64,000 bases of DNA from Eledone cirrhosa (GCA_964016885.1 OZ024755.1:558001-622000), one strand, 5' to 3'; counted from the first letter of the stretch, positions 25,173-40,215 are shown. Translations and numbers: made by a program. Notes: generated from the sequence alone by a model not told the origin.

Positions 25173-28100
25173 CATAAAGCTAATATTACTCGGTGCACTC
25201 ACAGCTACTATTACTCGGTGCACTCACAGCTACTATTACTCGGTGCACTCACAGCTACTATTACTCGGTGCACTCACAGCTACTATTACTCGGTGCACTC
25301 ACATACAGCTACTATTACTCAGTGCACTCACATACAGCTACTATTACTCAGTGCACTCACATACAGCTACTATTACTCAGTGCACTCACATACAGCTACT
25401 ATTACTCAGTGCACTCACATACAGCTACTATTACTCAGTGCACTCACATACAGCTACTATTACTCAGTGCACTCACATACAGCTACTATTACTCAGTGCA
25501 CTCACATACAGCTACTATTACTCAGTGCACTCACATACAGCTACTATTACTCAGTGCACTCACATACAGCTACTATTACTCAGTGCACTCACATACAGCT
25601 ACTATTACTCAGTGCACTCACATACAGCTACTATTACTCAGTGCACTCACATACAGCTACTATTACTCAGTGCACTCACATACAGCTACTATTACTCAGT
25701 GCACTCACATACAGCTACTATTACTCAGTGCACTCACATACAGCTACTATTACTCAGTGCACTCACATACAGCTACTATTACTCAGTGCACTCACATACA
25801 GCTACTATTACTCAGTGCACTCACATACAGCTACTATTACTCAGTGCACTCACATACAGCTACTATTACTCAGTGCACTCACATACAGCTACTATTACTC
25901 AGTGCACTCACATACAGCTACTATTACTCAGTGCACTCACATACAGCTACTATTACTCAGTGCACTCACATACAGCTACTATTACTCAGTGCACTCACAT
26001 ACAGCTACTATTACTCAGTGCACTCACATACAGCTACTATTACTCAGTGCACTCACATACAGCTACTATTACTCAGTGCACTCACATACAGCTACTATTA
26101 CTCAGTGCACTCACATACAGCTACTATTACTCAGTGCACTCACATACAGCTACTATTACTCAGTGCACTCACATACAGCTACTATTACTCAGTGCACTCA
26201 CATACAGCTACTATTACTCAGTGCACTCACATACAGCTACTATTACTCAGTGCACTCACATACAGCTACTATTACTCAGTGCACTCACATACAGCTACTA
26301 TTACTCAGTGCACTCACATACAGCTACTATTACTCAGTGCACTCACATACAGCTACTATTACTCAGTGCACTCACATACAGCTACTATTACTCAGTGCAC
26401 TCACATACAGCTACTATTACTCAGTGCACTCACATACAGCTACTATTACTCAGTGTACTCACATACAGCTACTATTACTCAGTGTACACACATACAGCTA
26501 CTATTACTCAGTGTACACACATACAGCTACTATTACTCAGTGTACACACATACAGCTACTATTACTCAGTGTACACACAAAGCTAATATTACTCAATGTA
26601 CACACATAAAGCTAATATTACTCGGTGTACACACATAAAGCTAATATTACTCGGTGTACACACACATAGCTAATATTACTCGGTGTACACACACATAGCT
26701 AATATTACTCGGTGTACACACACATAGCTAATATTACTCGGTGTACACACACATAGCTAATATTACTCGGTGTACACACACATAGCTAATATTACTCGGT
26801 GTACACACACAAAGCTAATATTACTCGGTATACACACACAAAGCTAATATTACTCGGTGTACACACACAAAGCTAATATTACTCGGTGTACACACACAAA
26901 GCTAATATTACTCGGTGTACACACATAAAGCTAATATTACTCGGTGTACACACATAAAGCTAATATTACTCAATGTACACACAAAGCTAATATTACTCAA
27001 TGTACACACATAAAGCTAATGTTACTCAATGTACACACATAAAGCTAATATTACTCAATGTACACACAAAGCTAATATTACTCAATGTATACACAAAGCT
27101 AATATTACTCAATGTATACACAAAGCTAATATTACTCAATGTATACACAAAGCTAATATTACTCAATGTATACACAAAGCTAATATTACTCAATGTATAC
27201 ACAAAGCTAATATTACTCAATGTATACACAAAGCTAATATTACTCAATGTATACACATAGCTAATATTACTCAATGTATACACAAAGCTAATATTACTCG
27301 GTGTACACACATAAAGCTAATATTACTCGGTGTACTCACAAAGCTAATATTACTCAATGTACTCACATAAAGCTAATATTACTCGGTGTACTCACATAAA
27401 GCTAATATTACTCAATGTACTCGCATAAAGCTAATATTACTCAATGTACACACAAAGCTAATATTACTCAATGTACACACAAAGCTAATATTACTCAATG
27501 TACACACAAAGCTAATATTACTCAATGTACACACAAAGCTAATATTACTCGGTGTACACACAAAGCTAATATTACTCAATGTACACATAAAGCTGATATT
27601 ACTCAATGTATACACATAAAGCTAATATTACTCGGTGTACACACATAAAGCTACTATTACTCGGTGTACACACATAAAGCTAATATTACTCGGTGTACAC
27701 ACATAAAGCTAATATTACTCAATGTATACACAAAGCTAATATTACTCAATGTATACACAAAGCTAATATTACTCAATGTATACACAAAGCTAATATTACT
27801 CAATGTATACACAAAGCTAATATTACTCAATGTATACACAAAGCTAATATTACTCAATGTATACACAAAGCTAATATTACTCAATGTATACACAAAGCTA
27901 ATATTACTCAATGTATACACAAAGCTATTACTCAATGTATACACAAAGCTATTACTCAATGTATACACAAAGCTAATATTACTCGGTGTACACACAAAGC
28001 TAATATTACTCAATGTATACACAAAGCTAATATTACTCAATGTACTCACATAAAGCTAATATTACTCAATGTACACACAAAGCTAATATTACTCAGTGTA

Positions 28101-31100
28101 CTCACATAAAGCTAATATTACTCGGTGTACTCACATAAAGCTAATATTACTCGGTGTACTCACATAAAGCTAATATTACTCGGTGTACTCACATAAAGCT
28201 AATATTACTTGGTGTACACACAAAGCTAATATTACTCAATGTATACACAAAGCTAATATTACTCAATGTACTCACATAAAGCTAATATTACTTGGTGTAC
28301 ACACATAAAGCTAATATTACTTGGTGTACTCACATAAAGCTAATATTACTCGGTGTACACACATAAAGCTAATATTACTTGGTGTACTCGCATAAAGCTA
28401 ATATTACTTGGTGTACACACATAAAGCTAATATTACTCGGTGTACTCACATAAAGCTAATATTACTCGGTGTACTCACATAAAGCTAATATTACTCGGTG
28501 TACTCACATAAAGCTAATATTACTCGGTGTACACACATAAATCTAATATTACTCGGTGTACACACAAAAAGCTAATATTACTCGGTGTACACACAAAAAG
28601 CTAATATTACTCGGTGTACACACAAAGCTAATATTACTCAATGTACTCACATAAAGCTAATATTACTCAATGTACACACATAAAGCTAATATTATTCAAT
28701 GTACACACATAAAGCTAATATTACTCAATGTATACACAAAGCTAATATTACTCGGTGTACACACAAAGCTAATATTACTCAATGTACTCACATAAAGCTA
28801 ATATTACTCAGGGTACGCACATAAAGCTAATATTACTCAGGGTACGCACATAAAGCTAATATTACTCAATGTACACACATAAAGCTAATATTACTCAATG
28901 TACACACATAAAGCTAATATTACTCAATGTACTCACATAAAGCTAATATTACTCGGTGTACACACAAAGCTAATATTACTCAATGTACACACAAAGCTAA
29001 TATTACTCAATGTACTCACAAAGCTAATATTACTCAATGTACTCACATAAAGCTTATATTACTCAATGTACACACAAAGCTAATATTAATCAATGTATAC
29101 ACATAAAGCTAATATTACTCAATGTACTCACATACAGCTAATATTACTCAATGTACTCACATACAGCTAATATTACTTGGTGTACACACAAAGCTAATAT
29201 TACTCAATGTACACACATAAAGCTAATATTACTCGGTGTACACACATAAAGCTAATGTTACTCAATGTACTCACATAAAGCTAATATTACTCAATGTACA
29301 CACATAAAGCTAATATTACTCGGTGTACTCACATAAAGCTAATATTACTTGGTGTACACAGATAAAGCTAATATTACTCGGTGTACTCACATAAAGCTAA
29401 TATTACTCAATGTACACACACAAAGCCAATATTACTCGGTGTACACAGATAAAGCTAATATTACTCAGTGTACACACATAAAGCTAATATTACTCAGTGT
29501 ACACACATAAAGCTAATATTACTCAGTGTACACACATAAAGCTAATATTATTCAGTGTACACACAAAGCTAATATTACTCAGTGTACACACAAAGCTAAT
29601 ATTACTCGGTGTACTCACATAAAGCTAATATTACTCAATGTACTCACATAAAGCTAATATTACTCAATGTACTCACATAAAGCTAATATTACTCGGTGTA
29701 CTCAAAGCTAATATTACTCGGTGTACTCAAAGCTAATATTACTCGGTGTACTCACATAAAGCTATTACTCGGTGTACTCACATAAAGCTAATATTACTCA
29801 ATGTACTCACATAAAGCTAATATTACTCAGGGTACGCACATAAAGCTAATATTACTCAGGGTACGCACATAAAGCTAATATTACTCAGGGTACGCACATA
29901 AAGCTAATATTACTCAATGTACACACATAAAGCTAATATTACTCGGTGTACACACATAAAGCTAATGTTACTCAATGTACTCACATAAAGCTAATATTAC
30001 TCAATGTACACACATAAAGCTAATATTACTCGGTGTACTCACATAAAGCTAATATTACTTGGTGTACACAGATAAAGCTAATATTACTCGGTGTACTCAC
30101 ATAAAGCTAATATTACTCAATGTACACACACAAAGCCAATATTACTCGGTGTACACAGATAAAGCTAATATTACTCAGTGTACACACATAAAGCTAATAT
30201 TACTCAGTGTACACACATAAAGCTAATATTACTCAGTGTACACACATAAAGCTAATATTATTCAGTGTACACACAAAGCTAATATTACTCAGTGTACACA
30301 CAAAGCTAATATTACTCGGTGTACTCACATAAAGCTAATATTACTCAATGTACTCACATAAAGCTAATATTACTCGGTGTACTCAAAGCTAATATTACTC
30401 GGTGTACTCAAAGCTAATATTACTCGGTGTACTCAAAGCTAATATTACTCGGTGTACTCAAAGCTAATATTACTCGGTGTACTCACATAAAGCTAATATT
30501 ACTCAATGTACTCACATAAAGCTAATATTACTCAATGTACTCACATAAAGCTAATATTACTCAATGTACTCACATACAGCTAATATTACTTGGTGTACTC
30601 ACATAAAGCTAATATTACTCAGTGTACTCACAAAGCTAATATTACTCGGTGTACTCACATAAAGCTATTACTCGGTGTACTCACATAAAGCTAATATTAC
30701 TCAATGTACTCACATAAAGCTAATATTACTCAATGTACTCACATAAAGCTAATATTACTCAATGTACTCCCATAAAGCTAATATTACTCAATGTACTCCC
30801 ATAAAGCTAATATTACTCAATGTACTCACATAAAGCTAATATTACTCAATGTACTCACATAAAGCTAATATTACTCAATGTACTCACATAAAGCTAATAT
30901 TACTCGGTGTACTCACATAAAGCTAATATTACTCGGTGTACACACATAAAGCTAATATTACTCAATGTACTCACATAAAGCTAATATTACTCAATGTACT
31001 CACATAAAGCTAATATTACTCGGTGTACTCACATAAAGCTAATATTACTCGGTGTACACACATAAAGCTAATATTACTCGGTGTACACACATAAAGCTAA

Positions 31101-31925
31101 TATTACTCGGTGTACTCACATAAAGCTAATATTACTCGGTGTACTCACATAAAGCTAATATTACTCGGTGTACTCACATAAAGCTAATATTACTCGGTGT
31201 ACACACATAAAGCTAATATTACTCGGTGTACTCACATAAAGCTAATATTACTCGGTGTACTCACATAAAGCTAATATTACTCGGTGTACACACATAAAGC
31301 TAATATTACTTGGTGTACTCACATAAAGCTAATATTACTCGGTGTACACACATAAAGCTAATATTACTCGGTGTACTCACATAAAGCTAATATTACTCGG
31401 TGTACACACACATAAAGCTGATCTTACTCGGTGTACACACATAAAGCTGATATTACTCGGTGTACACACATAAAGCTGATATTACTCGGTGTACACACAT
31501 AAAGCTGATATTACTCGGTGTACACACATAAAGCTGATATTACTCGGTGTACACACATAAAGCTGATATTACTTGGTGTACACACATAAAGCTAATATTA
31601 CTTGGTGTACACAGATAAAGCTAATATTACTCGGTGTACTCACATAAAGCTAATATTACTCGGTGTACACTCACATAAAGCTGATCTTACTCGGTGTACG
31701 CACACAAAGCTAATATTACTCGGTGTGCTCACATAAAGCTAATATTACTCGGTGTACACACACATAAAGCTGATCTTACTCGGTGTACACACACATAAAG
31801 CTGATCTTACTCGGTGTACTCACATAAAGCTAATATTACTTGGTGTACTCACATAAAGCTAATATTACTCGGTGTACACACAAAGCTGATATTACTCAGT
31901 GTACTCACATAAAGCTAATATTACT
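25173..31925. repeat. 6.75-kb satellite of 25-31-bp (mostly 27/29-bp) units, consensus aaagctaatattactc(g/a)(g/a)tgtac(a/t)cacat
   Basis: More than 200 abutting units with no spacers. A homogeneous 29-mer block lies at ~25320-26450. Confidence 0.97.
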
Positions 31926-33511
31926 ATCAAAAGAAATTAAAGCTCTCTCTCTAATAACTAACACTGTTGAAAAACGAACATCTACAGCTACCAAATATTG
32001 TACCTACAACATTTGCCCACCATTCATTTATTAGTTAGTTAAAATGAGTACTTAAGTTTCCTTCACAATCACGTTGCGTGTTCATAAAAGAAGCAAAAGT
32101 GCTACCTAAGGTTTCTAGGCTCAATATTGACCTACCTGCAGATTAGAAGAGGGATCAAAATTGTGACCTGATTGTCAGGTGCTTAGACAAGCGTGAGTGA
32201 GTGTATGTGTTTATGCACACACACAAGTATAGAAATTGAAAGCATAAACTGCATTAAAATAACCTTGTTCCTAATTTTCAAAATTAGAAGTACTGTAAAC
32301 TACACGAGTGAACAGTGAATGTTTTCATATTTTATGAAATGTTTACCTGTTTAAATATGACAACATTCTTTATAAATACACCTCTTTATACAACTAGGTC
32401 ACTATAATAATGTCAGTATCAGTATAGTGTGATTAAAAATCGTTTTATACCAACAAGTGTTTGTAAGATAGAAGATTTATGAACAGCAACAACAATGGAG
32501 CGAAGAAGAGAAAATAGAATAAAGAAATGACAAACATTTCTAAAGTCATCTTTAAGTATCAAATGATGATATATATTCAAATAAATAAATCAACACATTT
32601 TTTGTATTATTTTCAGAAATTCAAACGTGAAGGCTAACTTTCAATAGACTAGGCAAATACACATGATAAACAGATACACAATATATACACATGATAAATA
32701 CACATACACAATATATACACAGCTTATAAACACAACACGCACAAACGTATACATATAAACACAGATACACATACATAACCACATATATACAACAGATCCT
32801 TATGAATAAAACGAGGTTTGAACCTCCACTGTTTCTGACCACAAATGTCCAAGTTGTTTGAACAACAGAACAACCTACTCAAACAAATGGACAAGTGGCT
32901 GAGCATTCCACAGAGTACAGGCTGATACGATACAGTCAGTGCTTTTTTTTTTTAATACCTTTTTCAAGAATATCTTAATATAGTTCTGAGAGAGACTCAG
33001 CCCGACACGGAGAGAGAGTGACAAAACTTTGTTCCCTTTAAATTACAGCTATAACACATTTTTAGTAGGTGTGTGGACTGGAGTAATGTCAAAGTATCCT
33101 GCTCAAAGACAACATACTACAAGGAATCGAACTGACCACCTTATGATTATGAGTCAATTACCTAACCACTAAGCCATGTACAAAATATATACTGCAGATA
33201 TTTCTGTACGTCTGTCTATATTCACATATGTGTAGGCATGTCAGAATGCAAACGAGTATGTGTGAATTTATGTATAAGTATACACACATGTGGTCGTGAG
33301 TGTACACTCAAGTATGTAAATATGTGTAGTTTACACACACTATATATCAGCATCAACGACATCAATGTTATGGCTATTTCTTATGTTGGTAAAGCAACAA
33401 ACTTCAAAATTGCCTGATCTCCAAACACAGAACCAGCATGCCATCTTAGTTTCTATATCACCCCCAAGTAAATATATCTGCAACACCATGTATAAATAAA
33501 CCAGATTATTT

Positions 33512-33610
33512 CGCCGAGGTTAACTTTGCCTTTCATCCTTACGGGGTCGATAAAATAAAGTACCAGTAATCTACTGGATAATTGCTGGCCTTGTGCCAAA
33601 AGTAGAAACA
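33512..33610 (+). mobile_element. 5'-truncated young family A SINE
   Basis: Starts mid-element at cgccgaggttaactttgcc; 7-bp TSD attattt at 33505-33511 and 33611-33617. Confidence 0.85.
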
Positions 33611-33761
33611 ATTATTTAAGATACAAGCATCACATAATATATTTGAGATGCTGGTCTCAGGGATTCTCCATCCTGTTACAGATGCAATCAGCAATTTGAA
33701 AAAAGATAAAACACATATGCTAGTTATGTGTGTGGATAGCCTGTGTACATAGATGTGTGTG

Positions 33762-34600
33762 TGTGTACCTATACATGTGTACCTATACATGTGTACCTAT
33801 ACATGTGTACCTATACATGTGAACCTATACATGTGAACCTATACATGTGTACCTATACATGTGTACCTATACATGTGTACCTATACATGTGTACCTATAC
33901 ATGTGTACCTATACATGTGAACATTTATATAAACATGTATGTGTGTGCATGTGGGTATATATTTAGTTATGTATGCATGTGGACATATATAGACATGTAC
34001 ATGATTTATATAGACGTGTGTATATGTGGACATTTATATAGATGTGTATATGTGGACATTTATATAGACGTATGTGTATGTGGACATTTATATAGACGTA
34101 TGTGTATGTGGACATTTATATAGACGTATGTATATGGACATTTATATAGACGTATGTATATGTGGACATTTATATAGACGTATGTATATGTGGACATTTA
34201 TATAGACGTATGTATATGTGGACATTTATATAGACGTATGTATATGTGGACATTTATATAGACGTATGTGTATGTGGACATTTATATAGACGTATGTGTA
34301 TGTGGACATTTATATAGACGTATGTGTATGTGGACATTTATATAGACGTGTATATGTGGACATTTATATAGACGTGTATATGTGGACATTTATATAGACG
34401 TGTATATGTATGTGGACATTTATATAGACGTGTATATGTATGTGTATGTGTATGTGGACATTTATATAGACGTACGTGTATATGGACATTTATATAGACA
34501 TGTAGATGTGTGTATTTATATAGACATATATATATGTGTGTGTATGTGGACATATATATATACATATAATACACACGTCTATATGTGGACATTTACATAG
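33762..34600. repeat. Adjacent minisatellites: 16-bp (gtgtacctatacatgt) then ~28-30-bp (tgtggacatttatatagacgtatgtgta)
   Basis: Directly visible. Confidence 0.93.
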
Positions 34601-34670
34601 TCATGTGTGTGTGTATATGTAATTATGTTTATGTATTTCAATAAATTAGAGATTATTTTTCACAATTTAC

Positions 34671-34743
34671 CTGTCTTTGGGATGAAACAGTACAGTTTGT
34701 GTGGTATCCATATTTACAATACATTTTGCAGCCAGATCCACCT
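34671..34743 (-). other. Candidate internal exon (73 nt), the best supported in the window
   Basis: aatatatttctttacAG|aggtggatc...aaagacag|GTAAAT in non-repetitive sequence. Two frames are open (VDLAAKCIVNMDTTQTVLFHPKD or GGSGCKMYCKYGYHTNCTVSSQRQ). Confidence 0.55.
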
Positions 34744-35503
34744 CTGTAAAGAAATATATTTCGTTAGCTTCTCATAAAATTAAAACAACCAACAAAATAA
34801 ACACGAATTTAACAAATCATCATCATCACCATTTTATGTCTATTTTCCATGTTTGCGTGGGTTAGACAGGTTGTCAAATTCCAAACATGTCAGATAACTG
34901 TCTTGCTAATATGTTCCATTTTGTCAAGATTTCTGCAGCTGGATGTCCTTCCTAATGACAACTACAACATTGCATGTAACAGATGTGTTTTATTGACTGT
35001 CACTGTGATGGTGGTGGTGGTAGTGATGAAGGTAGCTGATGATGGTTGTGGTGATGCTGGTGATGGTGATGCACCTTTAAAATCTGTTTATACTTCCCCA
35101 CACAAGAATTAGGATAGATGTGTATTATCGTGGATTGTGTAATTTAATAAAACAGTGAGATGAGAATAGAATCTATTTACTTCAGATAATAGCGTAGTAG
35201 ACATTTCTATATAACAAACTAAAATAAATGTTTTACAATATCTATTTTGGCATCTCATTGTTCTGGAATATAGATCTAGCCAAGGTCAAGCTGCCTCTAT
35301 CAACTATTGTATGTGTGTATGTGTATGGATGTATGTATATGTCATCATCACCATCATCATCATGTGTATGTATATATGTGTATATATATGTTTGTATATA
35401 TGTGTGCTTGGATGTATGGACAAGCTGTTGTGACAATGTGTCATGGGCATTTTAAACCTGGTCGGTTGAGTATATTCTCTCTTCAGCTCTGAACACCAAT
35501 TTC

Positions 35504-35635
35504 AGAGAGAGAGGAAGTGAAAGAGAGAGAGAGAAAGTGAAAGAGAGAGAGAGAAAGTGAAAGAGAGAGAGAGAAAGTGAAAGAGAGAAAGTGAAAGAGA
35601 GAGAGAGAAAGTGAAAGAGAGAGAGAGAAAGTGAA

Positions 35636-35668
<33 letters not shown>

Positions 35669-35772
35669 AAGAGAAAGAGAGAGAGAGAAAGTGAAAGAGA
35701 GAGAGAGAAAGTGAAAGAGAGAGAGAGAAAGTGAAAGAGAGAGAGAAAGTGAAAGAGAGAGGGGAAGTGAAA
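35504..35772. repeat. GA-rich minisatellite (gaaagtgaaagagagagaga)
   Basis: Directly visible. Confidence 0.95.
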
Positions 35773-37252
35773 AGGAGATGTCAAGACATAACTTCTCTAA
35801 ATACACCCTACACTCACTGTAAAGTGATTGGTGATAGAAAAAGGACTCAGCAAGGAAAACCTGCCAAACAAAGAGACAGAATGACTCTTCAGTTGTATCA
35901 AAGATGTGACAACCTCCATAGAGCTGGTGCCATGATAAAATGTACCCGGTAGAGGACAGGAACATATGTGAGATAAAGGATCCCTGGCCCATCTGGGGCC
36001 ACTTCAGTACTGAGTTGGTCTGTGAACACCTGTCCAACCCATGCTAGCAGGGGAGACAGACCTTAAATGATAAAGATGGTGAAAATACTGGTAAGGAAAC
36101 TCCTTTTAAAAGGCACAACATTTGTATTTTGAAATGTTGCAAGAAAATAAAGCAGGTTTTCATGTATGACAAGAAATTCCAAGTTAGCCAGTAGCAATGA
36201 CAATTCTACTGAAGTCTTGTATGCTTCTGTGACACACTAATCTAATGTTAATGTAACAAGCAACTGAATAATGCAAGTTGTCAGTCGACATTCTCACTGT
36301 CACATTTTTTACAAATGGAATACTGAATTACATACATACTAGAAATACCATACTGCAGGTCAAAGAGAAATAGAAAATTTAGCAAAGAAAAAAACATATA
36401 TACACACTTCCTTTTACATTCACCTTTCCATGCTCACAATATATACACATACATGCATACACACACACACTGTTGACAGTTTTTAGAGCATAGGACAAAA
36501 TGGTTTGCAGTATTTGTTCTGGCCTTTTGCATTCTGAGTTCAAATCACAGTTTGGCCTATTTTAACTACCAACGTATTGAGTACCTTCTTTAACACTGGT
36601 TATCAACCAATACTACTCTGGAACCTATATATATATATATATATATATAGCATAAAGAGTTGGGGCAGAGCTGAGCACTTGCCATTTCAACAGCTAGATA
36701 TATATACACACACACAATTTCAAGATGTTACTAAAGGCAGTTCCTTCATGACTCATCAAACATTTCTAACACAGCAAAACTGGAATGTCACAGTTGTACA
36801 CAGTTAAATGGTGCCTTCTTTCACTAAGGTACTCTCCCATTACTTCAATAAATATATACACACACAAACATTTATATATACACACTGAAGTGATTGGTGA
36901 TAGAAAAAGGACTCAGCAAAGAAAACCTGCCAAACAAAGAGACAGAATTACACACACACACACACGTGTGTGTGTGTGTGTGCTACTTGTTGCTTTATTT
37001 TGTTTTTGTTTCAGTCCTTTACAACATTTCCAGTTGTAATGAAGATGAGCATAAAAGGAACAGCAGGCATACCTATTAACAGAATGAAAACATTCTATTG
37101 AAGACAAAAAAAGCAAAGCTTGGAATACACACAGACACACAGGCAGACACACGTCTGAATATGAATATTTATTATGATCAAATTAACATGAGCAATTCTA
37201 CTCACACAATACAACTTCTATACTTTAGAAACATAATTGAAAAATAAAAATA

Positions 37253-37309
<57 letters not shown>

Positions 37310-37538
37310 ATTTTACCTTTTCACTAAGTTATTCAATATCAGAACTAACAATTTTACTAAATGTAAAAAAGAAAAAGTGAAGTTCTTACATTTATATTCA
37401 AATATTACTTCTCTATTTTATATTAGATAATATCGAAGCTATACAAAAATATTAAGTATAGTTAGTCTTCATACAGACCAATTAACAAATTTATAATTTT
37501 AAAAAACCCCACAAAACAACAAAACCAAAAGACCATAC

Positions 37539-37559
37539 CTCAGACATTTGAAGTTTAAA
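37539..37559 (-). other. Possible 21-nt microexon
   Basis: gtctcttattttAG|tttaaacttcaaatgtctgag|GTATGG; length is a multiple of 3. Confidence 0.2.
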
Positions 37560-38339
37560 CTAAAATAAGAGACTTTTTCTTAAGTGTTGCAAAAAAAAAA
37601 CCCTTATACTAACAATATTTGAAAAGAAAATTAAATTCTTTTCGATCTGAATTTAAAATTTTTACAAAATATTTCTATATTTTTAAATTTCACCACTGGG
37701 TTTCTTTGTTTTTAATGTTCTTTCAGAGATAATTCCAGGAAAATATAAAAATATTCCAATAGCCAATACTCTTGAAAGACAGAATAGATACATTGTGTTA
37801 ATACAATGGTGAACATAAGCTACTATGAGAAATAACATATTTTCTTTCAAAATCACCATCACCACCACCACCATCACAATCACCATCACCACCACCACAA
37901 TCACCACCATCACCACCACCACCACAATCACCACAATCACCACCATCACCATTATTAAATGTCCATTTTTGCTGCTAACAACAGTTGGACTTTTATTAAT
38001 CTATACTTCTAAGTTATTGATACTAACTATCAATACAAATGTATCCAGTTTATTGTTGCTACTTCATCATCAGATTGTTGAAATGCCTCGCCCTGGAGGA
38101 TAGCAAAGGTGACACACTTCTAAAAGAACCAGTCCAACTCACAGGATTAGTTCTTGTGGATGGGGGGGGGGGTGCAGAAAACCAGTACCAGATATTTCCA
38201 CTGCTATGACTGATAATGATGAACTTATTGGAGAGTACAAACCTACAAAGTAGCAACCAGCCTGTTGGGTAATGGAGATGGGCTTTAACACTGATTCCAC
38301 CGTATTGACATTGGAGAAGGTTTAGTTGCAGCTCCCAGT

Positions 38340-38617
38340 TGACCTTTGAATTATGTCTAAAGTCTGTTGAGCCGAGAAGTTCATCAGGCCATTGCTTATC
38401 CCAGTTTCTGTGATGTTGACAGAGTAAGAGACTCCACTGGACAGGATGCCAGCCCATCACAGGGTTAAACCCCCAGCTATTGCTGGTACTCATTTTCAAT
38501 TGAGTATATTGGAGCAACGTGAAATCAAGTGTTTTGCTCAAGAACCCAGGTCAGGTATTGAACCCATGACATTATGATCGTCAATTCAAAACCCTATCCA
38601 CTAGGTCATAAACCTCC
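38340..38617 (-). mobile_element. CORE-type SINE
   Basis: Minus strand has a tRNA-like head (ctagtggatagg..gggttcaatacc), CORE-like ttcttgagcaaaacacttgatttcacgttgctccaatatactcaattgaaaatg, then gtgatgggctggcatcctgtccag. Confidence 0.7.
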
Positions 38618-39055
38618 TTTTTAAACTAAGAAAGAAAATCTATTCTTAGGTATAAAAAAAATAAATAAAAAAAAGAAGAAAAAAAAGCCTTACACTAGCA
38701 AAATTTGAAATGGACAATTAAATTTCCTTCGATCTGAATTAAAATTTTACAAACAACTTATTTTTTAATATTCCAGAACAATAAAACAAGAGAGGAGGAG
38801 GGTTGGTTTTAACTGTTCTTTCAGAGATGACAATTCCAGGACAAAATATTGGAATATTCCAGTAGAAATACTTTTCAAAGACAAAATAGAAATATGACAA
38901 TACAATGGTTAAATATTCTACTATTTATTAAATAGAAGAGAAATTTAACAATTGATATATTACAATATATGTTTACAATTGGTAACTTCTAACAGTTTCA
39001 ACATCAATGAAGCTGAGTACATGTTTAATGATAAATGTATGTGTATGGGCACAAA

Positions 39056-39390
39056 CATTCCCTCTCACTCACTCACTCACATTCCCTCTCACTCACTCAC
39101 TCACTCACATTCCCTCTCACTCACTCACTCACATTCCCTCTCACTCACTCACTCACTCACATTCCCTCTCACTCACTCACTCACTCACATTCCCTCTCAC
39201 TCACTCACTCACTCACATTCCCTCTCACTCACTCACTCACTCACATTCCCTCTCACTCACTCACTCACTCACATTCCCTCTCACTCACTCACTCACTCAC
39301 ATTCCCTCTCACTCACTCACTCACTCACATTCCCTCTCACTCACTCACTCACTCACATTCCCTCTCACTCACATTCCCTCTCACTCACTC
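39056..39390. repeat. Minisatellite cattccctct(cact)n
   Basis: Directly visible. Confidence 0.95.
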
Positions 39391-40041
39391 CAACAGTGAA
39401 GGAACATACTAAACAACAGTCTGGACCAGAGTGAATAACTTCCACTATCTACAGTATTTACATCTGTTTTAGCTCCTGTGTTCAAACCCCACTAGAGCTA
39501 GGTTTGCTCTTCATCCCTTAAGGAGGGAAGAGAACTCTACTAGAGCAGTCTTTGCTATTTATCTGTTGGGGGGTGGGACTGAGAGACAGATAAAGCTCCC
39601 TTCAATGTATTGGAGCTTATTCAACTATGGATGCTATGTACTCCCTACAGACTTGATTCTGTGCCAATATAGGAAACTGTTATTAGTACCATTGTGATAC
39701 CAACAATTCATTTCCTGGTGCTGGATTCCTGCTAATAATACCTACCCATTCCAAACAGGTATGAATACACCTGTAATTTATTCTCAGAACAAAAGCAGTT
39801 TTTTTTTTGTTTAGTTTTTGTTTTTTCATTGGTGGGAGGTGGGGAAAGGATTTTTTTTTTTAAGCTCTTTCTTTTGTGAGAATATAAAAGTGATATTTAG
39901 CTATCAACTACCTCAGTCAACCAATATCTCTATTTAACCCTTTATGACATTTCTGCTGAAATACACTATTTATTAAAATGAATTTTGAAAATAATCAAAA
40001 TTTTGGATGCATTTAATAAAAAAACTTATCAGGTATTATAA

Positions 40042-40215
40042 AGGGCGGTGGATTAACAGTAACTGGTAGAGCTGTCGGACAACATGCTTTGTGGCATATA
40101 ATTACATCTATGTTCTGAGTTCAAATCCTGCCGTGGTTAGCTTTGCCTTTCATCAGTACATGATCGATAAAGTACCAGTAATGCACTGAAGTCAATTTAA
40201 TTGACTTCACCCTCA
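40042..40215 (+). mobile_element. Older family A SINE
   Basis: gggcggtggatt..ctgagttcaaatcc..ctttgcctttcatc..gtaccagtaatgcactg. Confidence 0.75.

Noticed and set aside
25123-26638. ~480-aa ORFs in three frames
   Set aside because: Artefact of a stop-free 29-bp satellite unit.
25173-31925. CRISPR-like array (29-bp partly palindromic repeats)
   Set aside because: Units abut with no unique spacers, there are no cas genes, and the context is eukaryotic.
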